Below are positions 44,888-54,261 of a stretch of 64,000 nucleotides of DNA, in pieces. A program made the translations under genes and the position numbers. A model generated the notes under the pieces. The model ran no database searches. It was given only the letters and a program-made list of their open reading frames with translations, and was not told the DNA's origin. Origin of the DNA: a virus; the IMG/VR virus record IMGVR_UViG_3300008050_007409, one strand, 5' to 3'. The stretch's first letter is position 1. Every line of letters starts with the position of its first letter.

Positions 44888-45181
44888 ATGAACAAGGAAG
44901 AGCTGCTGGCCACGTTCGGCCAGCCCCGACGAGTCTTGGACAAGGGACACATCCGCCTGGTCGACGTGATGGGCGACGACGCTGCCATCGTGCAGGCTGC
45001 CCGAGTGTCCTACGGCGAGGGCGAGGGGCTGGAATTCGATAAGCGGAAGCTGATGAGGGACCGGGCGACCGCGTTCCACATGGGTGGAGGATCCGTTCAG
45101 AACTGTCGTGGACTTGTCGTGGCCGCGCCTGTTGACCCAAGAGCCGTCCAGGCGTTCTGGAAGGCGGTGGGGGTCCTGTGA
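44888..45181 (+). pseudogene. thyX: Truncated ThyX N-terminal fragment
   Basis: [28 protein letters not shown] matches the ThyX N-terminus; similarity then lost, only 97 aa, no RHR motif. Confidence 0.7.
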
Positions 45182-45501
45182 AGCAGGCTCCCCCGACGAT
45201 GGAGGAGGCGGGGCGACCGCTCCGCTCCCCCATCACCGGCCTGTTCTGCTCAGACGACGAGTATGAGAGCGACCGGGAACACGTCATGGATCAGAGACGT
45301 AGCGACATCGCGCACGTCGAGAAGACCATCAAGGGGCTCCGAGAGCCCGATGAGCACGTCGACTGCGACGGAGACGGGATCAGCTGCGATTGCTTCGTCA
45401 GCGAGATCGTCATGCTCTCCACTGGCTACGCCGAGGTCTGGCGCGACGGCGACGTCGTGCAGTCCGGCAAGGTCGTCTACAAGGAGGATCAGGATGCCTG
45501 A
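45178..45501 (+). CDS. Hypothetical protein
   Basis: 107 aa, coupled. Confidence 0.55.
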   Translation: MKQAPPTMEEAGRPLRSPITGLFCSDDEYESDREHVMDQRRSDIAHVEKTIKGLREPDEHVDCDGDGISCDCFVSEIVMLSTGYAEVWRDGDVVQSGKVVYKEDQDA

Positions 45502-45784
45502 GCAGACAGCTCTGGAGCACGCCAAGGCTCGCTTCGAGCACCACCTGGCCGATGGGGAGACCTGGATCGGCATCTTCGAGAACAAGGCTCTGGACAGTGC
45601 AGACGCAGGCCGCCGGATCGCCCTGTTCTACGACACGGCCCAGTGGGACAAGGCTGACATCGGAGACCGCGCCCCGGACATGCCGAGTCAGGGATTCATC
45701 GGCTGGAAGTACCAGCTGGTCCACAAGGCCAAGACAGTCGACGACGCCATCGCCAACATGAACTTCAATGCCGAATCAGCCTGA
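45494..45784 (+). CDS. Hypothetical protein
   Basis: MPEQTALEH start with SD. Confidence 0.6.
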   Translation: MPEQTALEHAKARFEHHLADGETWIGIFENKALDSADAGRRIALFYDTAQWDKADIGDRAPDMPSQGFIGWKYQLVHKAKTVDDAIANMNFNAESA

Positions 45785-45950
45785 CTTCCGCCGCCCCTGC
45801 AGTGGGTGCGGCGAGATGACGGTCTACGTCTGGTGCCAGAAGTGTTCCAGGAAGGCCAAGTGCCCTCACGGCAAGACGCCCTCGGAGTGTTCGACCTGCG
45901 ACGTGGAGTCAGATCTGGCACACGACGCGAACCGGGAGCGTGGGAGATGA
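45768..45950 (+). CDS. Small Cys-rich protein
   Basis: CxxC repeats, CPHG. Confidence 0.5.
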   Translation: MPNQPDFRRPCSGCGEMTVYVWCQKCSRKAKCPHGKTPSECSTCDVESDLAHDANRERGR

Positions 45951-46183
45951 CCGCACAGCAGCTCGACGCAGTGAAGAGCCTGGCGAAGCGGTTCGGCTCC
46001 ACCCTGGCGTTCACCGACGTGCTTCACGACCCGCAGGGCCTGCCCAAGGGCTGGGTCAGCGCCATCGTCCGCGAGCCCTACGAGATCCCCTTCGTAGGCG
46101 AGGACGGTGAGAAGCACTACCACAAGGACTCCAAGATCAAGATCACCGCCGGGGTGTCTCCGGCAGGATCTGTCCACACATGA
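45947..46183 (+). CDS. Hypothetical protein
   Basis: MTAQQLDAV, ATGA coupling. Confidence 0.55.
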   Translation: MTAQQLDAVKSLAKRFGSTLAFTDVLHDPQGLPKGWVSAIVREPYEIPFVGEDGEKHYHKDSKIKITAGVSPAGSVHT

Positions 46184-46521
46184 CCTGGTGGACCTACCTG
46201 CTGCTCACCAATACGGGCAGCTTCTACTGTGGGATCTCCAAGGACGTGAAGGCCCGCGTCGCGACGCACAACCGCGGCAAGGGTTCCAAGTACCTGCGCG
46301 GATCCAGGCTCCCCGCCGTGCTTCTGATCTCCTGGTGCTTCGAGGGGGAAGACGCACACGGTGACGCACTTCGCGCAGAACTGTGGATCAAGAACCAGAC
46401 CAGACACTTCAAGGCGCAGCTCGCTACCATGGAAGCTCGCCTCGACTCCCCTGGCTGGGCCTTCGCAGCCCGAGAGGGCTTCAGCAACAACGTGGATCAG
46501 ATCCTCAGGAGCGTGCAATGA
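46180..46521 (+). CDS. GIY-YIG nuclease family protein
   Basis: WTYLL....SFYCGISKDVKARVATHNRGKGSKYLR...ALRAELWIK. Confidence 0.85.
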   Translation: MTWWTYLLLTNTGSFYCGISKDVKARVATHNRGKGSKYLRGSRLPAVLLISWCFEGEDAHGDALRAELWIKNQTRHFKAQLATMEARLDSPGWAFAAREGFSNNVDQILRSVQ

Positions 46522-46907
46522 AGATCACCCTGTCCGTGGGAGACAAAGCCATCCACGGCAGCGTTCCCTACGAGACCTGCGAATACGTGGAGATCCCCTC
46601 CGCAGACTGTCCGCTCTGCTCCAAGCTGGTGGCCTTGGTCGACTTCCACGGCAAGACCCGGGCGTTGGCTCCCAAGGAGATGCTGGCCCAGGCACACAAG
46701 GACAACCCGGACTGCATGGAGGAGGCCTACCAGGGCCCGCTCAAGGTCCGGCTCCCGAACCCCAGCCGCGGGCACAGCACCTACTCTGGCGCTGCCGAGT
46801 GCACGCGCTGCCGCCAAAAGGTGGGGAACATGACCGTGAAGATCAACACCCTCTTCGGCCTGGAGGAGGATGACCGCGTCCTCAACGGCCGATGCCGGGT
46901 CTACTGA
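46518..46907 (+). CDS. Hypothetical Cys-containing protein
   Basis: CPLC, CTRC; TLFGLEEDDRVLNGRCRVY. Confidence 0.6.
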   Translation: MKITLSVGDKAIHGSVPYETCEYVEIPSADCPLCSKLVALVDFHGKTRALAPKEMLAQAHKDNPDCMEEAYQGPLKVRLPNPSRGHSTYSGAAECTRCRQKVGNMTVKINTLFGLEEDDRVLNGRCRVY

Positions 46908-47410
46908 TGAAGGTGCACCGACTCGACCCCGATCGAGACACCACGCCAGCTCACTGGCTCGATGCCAGTACCCCGATCTCCAAGCTGGCGAAGCTCTGCA
47001 AGATGAGCGTGAAGCAGGTCAGGGCCTTCCTGCCAATGAAGATCCCCCTCTCGGACATCAGGACCTTCGACGAAGCAGAGATCGCCCGCCACTTTGGTTG
47101 CATCACCGAACCGGAGTGGAGGGAGTTCTGCTACAAATTCCGAGACGATGGCTTCAAGATGTCCGACCTCGGAAAGGAAGACGCAGTCCGGCACGCCCAG
47201 GACAACGATCTGCCTCCACCCTTCAGCGACCGAGCTCGGAAGTTCACCACCTCGGATGGCTACGTCCTCCACCACATCCGGGAGATCGGCTGGGTGGACA
47301 ACGAGGATGAGGAGCTCCGCGACCTGGGCTTCGCCGGCGACATGAGGACCGGCCCGCTGGACCACCTCGCGGAGCCTGTCGAAGGTACCTGGGAGTGGAT
47401 TGATGCCTGA
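46907..47410 (+). CDS. Hypothetical protein
   Basis: MKVHRLDP, coupled. Confidence 0.55.
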   Translation: MKVHRLDPDRDTTPAHWLDASTPISKLAKLCKMSVKQVRAFLPMKIPLSDIRTFDEAEIARHFGCITEPEWREFCYKFRDDGFKMSDLGKEDAVRHAQDNDLPPPFSDRARKFTTSDGYVLHHIREIGWVDNEDEELRDLGFAGDMRTGPLDHLAEPVEGTWEWIDA

Positions 47411-47846
47411 GTTCCGCGACTGGTCTGACTGCACGATCCCTGATGATCTGCAGAAGACCTTCCACGACCACCTGGACGTCTGCAAGCAGTGCGAGCAGAA
47501 CCCCTTCGACCTCTGTGAGGCCGGCGCCGCCATCATGCGGAACATCTCCCACCAGATGGCCAAGCGTCCGATCAGGATCATGGACGAGGTCCTCAAGGGC
47601 GAAACGTGGCCTCAGACTCTGACCGCAGAGGCCCTCCGGGGAGTCAAGTACGATCCGCTGATCTTCTCGCAGGAGTACCTCGGCGAGCCCTTCGACCCGT
47701 TCAAGGACGACTGCACCTGCGGTCACTCCAAGGTGGCGCACACCCGCGCTCACAGTGGCCATGTCGGATCTTGTATCGGCACGGTTGAGGAGCACTGCTA
47801 CTGCAAGGACTACATCAAGAAGTCCAAGGAGAACAACACCCCATGA
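47403..47846 (+). CDS. Cys/His-rich hypothetical protein
   Basis: FHDHLDVCKQC; CTCGH. Confidence 0.55.
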   Translation: MPEFRDWSDCTIPDDLQKTFHDHLDVCKQCEQNPFDLCEAGAAIMRNISHQMAKRPIRIMDEVLKGETWPQTLTAEALRGVKYDPLIFSQEYLGEPFDPFKDDCTCGHSKVAHTRAHSGHVGSCIGTVEEHCYCKDYIKKSKENNTP

Positions 47847-48172
47847 TCAAGACGAAGGGATTCAGCTGCGGCTGGACCGGCTCCTCCAGCGGACACGTCG
47901 CTGGAGCCACTGGACAGAAGGGCAAGGGCCGTGCTGCGAGCTGCCGGTCCTACACCATCAAGGTGAAGCGGGAGTCAGACGGGCGTGAGCTCACCGAGAC
48001 CATCGGCCCTGGCTACCACCCCAAGAAGCACTGGCAGCACGAGCAGGATCAGGCCCAGCTCCGTCTTCTCTGGCGCCTGGGCTGGAAGGGCCAGTGCTGC
48101 CCCAAGGACACCGACAAGGACGGCAACTGCCCTCGGCACAGCTCTCCGGGCACGCTGAGGCACCGTCGGTGA
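47843..48172 (+). CDS. Hypothetical protein
   Basis: 109 aa, coupled. Confidence 0.5.
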   Translation: MIKTKGFSCGWTGSSSGHVAGATGQKGKGRAASCRSYTIKVKRESDGRELTETIGPGYHPKKHWQHEQDQAQLRLLWRLGWKGQCCPKDTDKDGNCPRHSSPGTLRHRR

Positions 48173-48444
48173 GCAGGAAACTGTCAGAGGCTTTGCTGGT
48201 AGATCACCTGCGAAGGAGCCTCGATCACTACATCGGTGAGCCCGAGACGGCGGAGAGCGTCCGGTCCTACCTCCAGAGGCAGATCGACCTGGTCCAGGGA
48301 ACTCTTCCTGAGATCCACAGGACGAAGATCGGGAAGGTCACCAAGGGTCCAGACGGCTCCTGGTGCGTCATGGTCGCTCCGGCCTTTCCAGCCCACAGGG
48401 TCCACATCCACACAGACGTAGACATCACTTTGGAGAAGGACTGA
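48169..48444 (+). CDS. Hypothetical protein
   Basis: GTG start, coupled. Confidence 0.5.
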   Translation: MSRKLSEALLVDHLRRSLDHYIGEPETAESVRSYLQRQIDLVQGTLPEIHRTKIGKVTKGPDGSWCVMVAPAFPAHRVHIHTDVDITLEKD

Positions 48445-48800
48445 TGCCTGACGAGACGGCGGAAACGCTTCCAGAAGCGGGGCTCGAGTGTCCCAGCTGC
48501 CAGAGCGGCACCATCGAGTACGGCGCTGGAGAGGCCAGGTGCATGGGCGAGTGTGGGGCCGTCTGGGGCCTTCCGTGCGCTCGGTCCCCTGATACCGATC
48601 CAGATGGCACGCCGGCGTGGGGCTGCGACAACGACCACACCGGCTGTCTCTGGAACGACGGCCACAACACCTGCATGCACGAAGGAGACAGCAGCTCTCC
48701 TCTGGAAGACACCTTGGAGATGGTCGTCGACATCGAGCCCGTGACTCGAAAGTTCACGGGGTCCATCTTCGACGCCAAGGTCCTGGGATCCGAAGAGTGA
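48444..48800 (+). CDS. Cys-rich hypothetical protein
   Basis: MPDETAE start; CPSC and further Cys clusters. Confidence 0.55.
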   Translation: MPDETAETLPEAGLECPSCQSGTIEYGAGEARCMGECGAVWGLPCARSPDTDPDGTPAWGCDNDHTGCLWNDGHNTCMHEGDSSSPLEDTLEMVVDIEPVTRKFTGSIFDAKVLGSEE

Positions 48801-48821
48801 CTCAACACGTACAGGAGATCA

Positions 48822-49313
48822 ATGCACGAAGAATATGCTGAGAAGTCCTGGGCCCGTGTTGACAAAACCGGCCCAGACGACTGCTGGCTCTGGGTAGGTA
48901 GCCGCCTCCCTAAGGGCTACGGACGCTTCTACCCTAAGTGGAAGATCAACGGTAAGCGATGTGGGTTCAATGCCCATAGAATCTCCTGGGAGATCAAGAA
49001 CAACCGTCCCGTACCTGAAGGCTTGGACGTTCTCCATACCTGCGACAACCCACCTTGTGTCAACCCTGCTCATCTGTTTCCCGGGACCAAGTCCGACAAC
49101 ATGCAGGACATGCTCAGGAAGGGACGTGGCGGCTATACCGGATCTCCGGGAGAGGCTCACCCTTCTGCCAAGCTCGTAGAGTCTGATGTCCTCGAGATCC
49201 GCCACCGCTGGGATGCGGGCGGGATCAGGCAGAGAGATCTGGCAGCCGAGTACGGAGTTTCCAGGGGGCTGATCGGTCAGATTGTCCGACGAGAATCCTG
49301 GAGTCACCTATGA
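48822..49313 (+). CDS. Free-standing HNH endonuclease with C-terminal HTH
   Basis: CWLWVG...AHRISW...VLHTCDNPPCVNPAHLFPGTKSDNMQD; QRDLAAEYGVSRGLI. Confidence 0.9.
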   Translation: MHEEYAEKSWARVDKTGPDDCWLWVGSRLPKGYGRFYPKWKINGKRCGFNAHRISWEIKNNRPVPEGLDVLHTCDNPPCVNPAHLFPGTKSDNMQDMLRKGRGGYTGSPGEAHPSAKLVESDVLEIRHRWDAGGIRQRDLAAEYGVSRGLIGQIVRRESWSHL

Positions 49314-50182
49314 CTCAGAGGTGGAGGGGTGGTCGAGATAGCTACCGACCTCTCGGGGAACCCATCGATACGTCGAAGTACGGCATAGAGGTGATCTATT
49401 CGGATAGGGTGGCTCGGGACTTCGTAGTTCAAGCCCATTATTCCGGTTCATACCCCGCGGCCCGCTTCCGGGTCGGGCTCTACCGGACCACCAAGTCCGG
49501 GGTCCCCGAGCTCGTCGGAGTGTGCGTGTTCGGAGTCCCTGCCCAGAACGCCTCGATCCCGAAGTGGTGCGGCATCCCCGCCGAGTGTGGGGTGGTCCTG
49601 AGCCGCTTCGTCCTGGTCGACGACGTACCTGCGAACGGCGAGACCTGGTTCCTGGCCAAGAGCTTCGCCGCCCTACTCCAGGGCCTGCCCCAGATGCTCT
49701 CGGTCCTGAGCTACAGCGACCCGGTGCCGAGGACAGCCTCGGACGGCCGGATCGTGATGCCTGGACACGTTGGGACGATCTACCAGGCCTTCAACGGCGT
49801 CTACCACGGCCGCTCCAAGAAGGAGACCCAGTGGTTCGGCCCAGACGGTCGGCTGTTCGATCGCCGCAGCTTCAGCAAGATCCGCAACGGCGAGGTCGGT
49901 GCGGTGGCGGCCTACGAACGTCTGATCGCCCGAGGAGCTCCGGCCAAGACGCCGAGCGAGAGCTGGGCCGCGTACATCCTCCGAGCCAAGGAGGTCTTCC
50001 GCAAGGTCCGTCACACAGGCAACCACGTCTACACGTGGGCGCTGGTCCCCCCTTTCGACGACCTCGGACGAGGGACTCGGAAGAAGGCTCGCCGCGCCCA
50101 CCGGGGTGCGCTTGAGTACCTGAGTCCCGCGCCGGAGCCGCCGGCGCCCTACCCCAAGATCATCGACACCGTGGAGGCTTGA
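49310..50182 (+). CDS. Mom-like DNA adenine modification enzyme (GNAT fold)
   Basis: FVVQAHYSGS, LVGVCVFG, LSRFVLVDDVPANGETWFL, LSYSDP, GHVGTIYQAFN. Confidence 0.8.
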   Translation: MTQRWRGGRDSYRPLGEPIDTSKYGIEVIYSDRVARDFVVQAHYSGSYPAARFRVGLYRTTKSGVPELVGVCVFGVPAQNASIPKWCGIPAECGVVLSRFVLVDDVPANGETWFLAKSFAALLQGLPQMLSVLSYSDPVPRTASDGRIVMPGHVGTIYQAFNGVYHGRSKKETQWFGPDGRLFDRRSFSKIRNGEVGAVAAYERLIARGAPAKTPSESWAAYILRAKEVFRKVRHTGNHVYTWALVPPFDDLGRGTRKKARRAHRGALEYLSPAPEPPAPYPKIIDTVEA

Positions 50183-50439
50183 TGGAGAAGTTCGGAGATC
50201 ACCCTGGCATCACCGGCCAGCTCGCCAAGATCGGAAGCATGACCCCGGAGGAAGCAGCTGAGGCTGTCCGAGAGGCCTACCGCACCGATCCAGTCATCCG
50301 AGCCTGTTTGGACACGGGGGCCAACTCTGACCAGATCGTCCTCGTCCTGCTCTCGCTCTACAACGAGCTGCAGGAGAAGCACTTCGATCTCATGAAGAAC
50401 GCAATGTGGCCTCAGATCATCATCCCCAAGGAGACCTGA
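50182..50439 (+). CDS. Hypothetical protein
   Basis: 85 aa. Confidence 0.55.
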   Translation: MEKFGDHPGITGQLAKIGSMTPEEAAEAVREAYRTDPVIRACLDTGANSDQIVLVLLSLYNELQEKHFDLMKNAMWPQIIIPKET

Positions 50440-50741
50440 TGACCGACCGACAGCTGCTCCAGGAGACTCTGAAGTTCCCGGTCAAGCAGAGCTGCACCTT
50501 CTGGGGCGGCGGCGTGGTGGGCTGGCTCCCGGAGAAGATCCTGACCCGCTTCGGTTGGTCCTGGGTCACCTTGCGGGACGGCGCGGAGGCTGACCACAAG
50601 AAGGTTCTGATCAAGAACTTCCCGTCCGAGGTCGAGCTGCAGCTCGAGGACGCGCCTCCCTGGCTCGGCGTCTGGCTGTTCATCATCATCGACAACACCT
50701 TCCACCTGACCATCAACCACCTGGCGTTGCTCTATCTATGA
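50439..50741 (+). CDS. Hypothetical protein with DUF3307-like C-terminal membrane segment
   Basis: PPWLGVWLFIIIDNTFHLTINHLAL. Confidence 0.5.
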   Translation: MTDRQLLQETLKFPVKQSCTFWGGGVVGWLPEKILTRFGWSWVTLRDGAEADHKKVLIKNFPSEVELQLEDAPPWLGVWLFIIIDNTFHLTINHLALLYL

Positions 50742-51022
50742 AGATCAAGATCTTGCTCATGTCCGCTGAGGGCGACTACCTGGACCACACGTTCAAGGTG
50801 GCATCCCTCGAGGGTACAGAGAACGAGTGGTCCCCAGGACACATCGCTGACGAGCTCCCCAACCACTTCAAGGGGATCTGCAAGGCGGAGGCAGAGACAG
50901 CGGATCAGGGCGTCAAGCTCATCCTGCACCTGGACCCGGCGCCGGACTCGATCCGCTGTCGCATCTTCCTGCTGTGCTTCGCTTCCTTCGTGACGACCCT
51001 CTGCGACCGGATCTGGGCGTGA
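50738..51022 (+). CDS. Hypothetical protein
   Basis: 94 aa, coupled. Confidence 0.55.
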   Translation: MKIKILLMSAEGDYLDHTFKVASLEGTENEWSPGHIADELPNHFKGICKAEAETADQGVKLILHLDPAPDSIRCRIFLLCFASFVTTLCDRIWA

Positions 51023-51879
51023 AGGAAGTCCGACTCCTGGACTGGGACATCATCTTGATCTCCGTGAGTGGAGGCAAGGACTCCCAGGTGATGCTGGATG
51101 AGATCTATGTCCAGGCCAGCGAGCTCGGAATCCTCGACCGCCTGGTCGCCGTGCATGCAGATCTCGGAAAAGACGTGGAGTGGCCCGGCACCAGCGAGCT
51201 CGTGGAAGAGCAGTGCGCCCACTACAACGTCCCCCTCCACATCGTCACCCGGATCGGAGGCATCGCTGCCAAGACCGGGAAGACCTACGAGAAGGGGGAA
51301 GAGTACGGCGACCTGACCGACTACGCGGAGCGTCGCGGCTCCTGGCCAGACAGTCAGAACCGCTGGTGCACCTCGGAATTCAAGCGGGCCCCTATCCAGA
51401 AGCTGATGACCCAGGTCGCTCGCGAATGGCGTGAGCGCACCGGTCTGAAGCGAGCCTGCCGGATCCTCGACTGCATGGGCTTCCGCTCAGAGGAGAGCCC
51501 CGCCCGGAGGAAGAGGGAGGTCTTCAGCCGCCGCACCAAGGTCTGTACAGGCCGGAAGGAGGTCTGGACCTGGCTCCCCATCCAAAAGTGGACCCTCGAC
51601 CAGGTCTGGACTCGGATCAAGGCTACCGGCGTCCGCTACCACAAGGCCTACGACCTCGGCATGCCGCGCTTGAGCTGCGTGCTCTGCATCTTCGCACCAA
51701 AGAAGGCCCTCATCCTCGCGGGCAAGCACAACCGCGAGATCCTCGACTACTACGTGCTGGTGGAGAAGGCCACAGGCCACACCTTCCGCCAGGACGTGAC
51801 CCTTGAAGAAATTCAGCGCGCCGTGATCGCCGACGAGGAAGTCGGGAAGATCGAAGACGGCGGCGACTGGAACATGTAG
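51019..51879 (+). CDS. PAPS-reductase/DndC-like PP-loop enzyme
   Basis: SVSGGKDS, RWCTSEFK, GFRSEESPAR, LPIQKWT, RLSCVLC. Confidence 0.85.
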   Translation: MKEVRLLDWDIILISVSGGKDSQVMLDEIYVQASELGILDRLVAVHADLGKDVEWPGTSELVEEQCAHYNVPLHIVTRIGGIAAKTGKTYEKGEEYGDLTDYAERRGSWPDSQNRWCTSEFKRAPIQKLMTQVAREWRERTGLKRACRILDCMGFRSEESPARRKREVFSRRTKVCTGRKEVWTWLPIQKWTLDQVWTRIKATGVRYHKAYDLGMPRLSCVLCIFAPKKALILAGKHNREILDYYVLVEKATGHTFRQDVTLEEIQRAVIADEEVGKIEDGGDWNM

Positions 51880-51886
51880 GAGATCA

Positions 51887-52270
51887 ATGAATCCACCTAT
51901 CGACTGGCTCGGAGAGACTCCTTGGGAGACCATCGCCGCGGCCTACGACGAACAGTGCCCTGACGGCTACCCGATGCAGCTGACCGGCGAGGACGCAGAG
52001 GTCGCCACGGAGGCCGTCAACCAGGGCATCGACTCTCGGCTGGAGGCTGTGACCTTCGTCGAGGAGCCGGGCTGGAGGAACACCCACCCGACGCTCGGCT
52101 TCCCCAAGCTGCACATGAAGCTGGACCGTCACGGTCTGCTGATCTTCTTGCGCCGCCTCTACGAGTACAACTACGGCGAGGCCGTCGACGAGGACGATGA
52201 GTCCCGTGGCGACCGCGCCTGCAACCTCCGAGGGGCGATCTTGCAGACCCTCGGGATCGAGGAGGACTGA
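51887..52270 (+). CDS. Hypothetical protein
   Basis: 127 aa, SD AGGAG. Confidence 0.65.
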   Translation: MNPPIDWLGETPWETIAAAYDEQCPDGYPMQLTGEDAEVATEAVNQGIDSRLEAVTFVEEPGWRNTHPTLGFPKLHMKLDRHGLLIFLRRLYEYNYGEAVDEDDESRGDRACNLRGAILQTLGIEED

Positions 52271-52647
52271 TGTCCGACTGCAGACACAACCGAGGACGCC
52301 ACCTGGTAGGACACCAGATCAAGGCTGGAGATCTACTCCTCTTCTTCGAGTGCCAAGACTGCGGCACCAACGGTTGGTACCAGCTTGAGGACTCCCATAT
52401 CGAGTGGGAGGAAGATGACCACGAGTGCGATGAGACCTGCGCTCGTCACATCTCGACCTGCGACGGGAACTGTGACCACCTGGACGGAGAGAACGCCTGC
52501 GTGAACCTGGCCCGCATGGGGCAGGAGAACATCAGCAACTGCCTCCTTGCCTACGAAGGCGTGGAGGTCCACCCCGATCACGGACCCTGCCAGATGTGCA
52601 ACGGGTCTTGCCCAGACAAGGAGCGGCTCAATGCCCGGAACGACTGA
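52270..52647 (+). CDS. Cys/His-rich hypothetical protein
   Basis: 125 aa. Confidence 0.55.
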   Translation: MSDCRHNRGRHLVGHQIKAGDLLLFFECQDCGTNGWYQLEDSHIEWEEDDHECDETCARHISTCDGNCDHLDGENACVNLARMGQENISNCLLAYEGVEVHPDHGPCQMCNGSCPDKERLNARND

Positions 52648-53074
52648 GGACTTCAAGAAGGCCCGCCTCGGATCCACTGTGATGGAGGCTTGCGAAGTCT
52701 GCAAGCTCCCTACCGGCGACACCCTGTTCAAGAAGCGGGGGAAGCCGAACGGCCCTGAGTACGTCGGCCCCATGCACCTCGTGGTCAAGGACGCTCGCTG
52801 CGAGTTCTGCCACTTCCTGGGCATGTGGATGGCTCACGAGAAGGTCGATCCGACCGAGACCGGCCTCAAGTACGGCGCCTCCAAGATCGTGACCCGCGAC
52901 CCGAAGTCGGGCGTGGACACCCTGGTGGCCTTCGTCCCCTTCAGCTCGGAGGAGGACGTGGCCAAGACCCTCGCCGACGGAACCGAGTTCTCGTTCGCCC
53001 ACGGCATGCTGCTCCGGGCGGAACGCGACGGAGAGGGCATGAAGCTCATGGAGATCCTCGAACGTGGAACTTGA
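52631..53074 (+). CDS. Hypothetical zinc-finger protein
   Basis: CEVC...CEFC. Confidence 0.55.
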   Translation: MPGTTEDFKKARLGSTVMEACEVCKLPTGDTLFKKRGKPNGPEYVGPMHLVVKDARCEFCHFLGMWMAHEKVDPTETGLKYGASKIVTRDPKSGVDTLVAFVPFSSEEDVAKTLADGTEFSFAHGMLLRAERDGEGMKLMEILERGT

Positions 53075-53519
53075 CACCAGCCAGGAGGCCCGCTGGCTCT
53101 CCTGGGACCAGATCGACCTGGTCGACGGCTACGTGGAGGCGGAGCTGGAGGACCAGAAGGCCCACCCGGAGCTCCGCGACGAGATCAAGACCGAGGAGCA
53201 GATCCGCACGGAGACCTGGGAGGACCAGGAGTTCTTCACCATGGCTTGGGAGGGGATGCTGGAGATCCTCACCGAGTGGATGGGCGACGACACCGAGTGG
53301 CACTGCGAGGTCGAGAACTTCGGCTGGCGGAGTCTGAACGGAGAGAAGGACTTCCAGGCCGACGACGGTTCGACTCTGCTCTGCGAGACCCTCCCGGATA
53401 CCAACTGCACCTTCAACATCTGGAAGGGTGAGGATCCCAAGCGGCTCCGCATCCAGAACTTCCATCACGACTCGGCGACCGGTCGGGAGTGGTACACCTT
53501 GACCGTGAGGACTGAATGA
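53064..53519 (+). CDS. Hypothetical acidic protein
   Basis: NFGWRSLNG...HHDSATGRE. Confidence 0.65.
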   Translation: MELDTSQEARWLSWDQIDLVDGYVEAELEDQKAHPELRDEIKTEEQIRTETWEDQEFFTMAWEGMLEILTEWMGDDTEWHCEVENFGWRSLNGEKDFQADDGSTLLCETLPDTNCTFNIWKGEDPKRLRIQNFHHDSATGREWYTLTVRTE

Positions 53520-53713
53520 CGGACGAACAGCTGGAGACTCTCCACAACCTGATCGAGGCGCTGAGTCACGCGGCCGTGGGGACCGTCACCTACCAGACCA
53601 TCGTGGATCACATGGGCGAGGAGGCCATCCCGGACATCCAGGAGGCCTTGGACGACCTGGCCGAGGCGACCAGCAACCCCGACCCCGCCCTCGACATCAG
53701 CGAGCTCATCTGA
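53516..53713 (+). CDS. Small hypothetical protein
   Basis: 65 aa, coupled. Confidence 0.6.
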   Translation: MTDEQLETLHNLIEALSHAAVGTVTYQTIVDHMGEEAIPDIQEALDDLAEATSNPDPALDISELI

Positions 53714-54261
53714 TGCTGATCGGACTGATCGGAGTCAAGCGGAGCGGGAAGGACACGGTCGCTGACTACCTGAAGGAGCAGTACGGCTTCTGGAAGGAGG
53801 CCTTCGCGGCCAAGCTCAAGGAGATCGCGAAGGACCTCTGGGACCTCTCCGACGAGCAGGTCAACGGGACGACCGAGCAGAAGGAGACCGTCGATCCGCG
53901 CTGGGGCAAGTCCCCTCGAGAGCTGATGCAGCAGCTGGGCACGGAAGTCGGACGGACCTGCCACGACGAGACCTGGATCTGCTACCTGATGCGCCACGTC
54001 GACGGTGCTCTGGAGATGGGCGCCAACGTGGTCATCACGGACGTGCGCTTCAAGAACGAAGCCCGTGCCGTGCTCGCCGCCGGAGGGGCTCTGGTCCGAG
54101 TCGCCCGCCCAGGATTCGACGGCGACGCCCACGCCTCCGAGCAGAAGCAGATCGCCGTCGACTTCACCCTGGCGAATGACGGAGACCTGGACCACCTGTA
54201 CCGGGAGGTGGATCGCTGTCTGCAGATCCTCCGCGACATGCCTCCAGGGGAGCGCTCTTGA
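53713..54261 (+). CDS. Deoxynucleoside monophosphate kinase (T4 gp1-like)
   Basis: IGLIGVKRSGKDT, FAAKLK, SPRELMQQLGTEVGR, ITDVRFKNE, HASE. Confidence 0.9.
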   Translation: MLIGLIGVKRSGKDTVADYLKEQYGFWKEAFAAKLKEIAKDLWDLSDEQVNGTTEQKETVDPRWGKSPRELMQQLGTEVGRTCHDETWICYLMRHVDGALEMGANVVITDVRFKNEARAVLAAGGALVRVARPGFDGDAHASEQKQIAVDFTLANDGDLDHLYREVDRCLQILRDMPPGERS

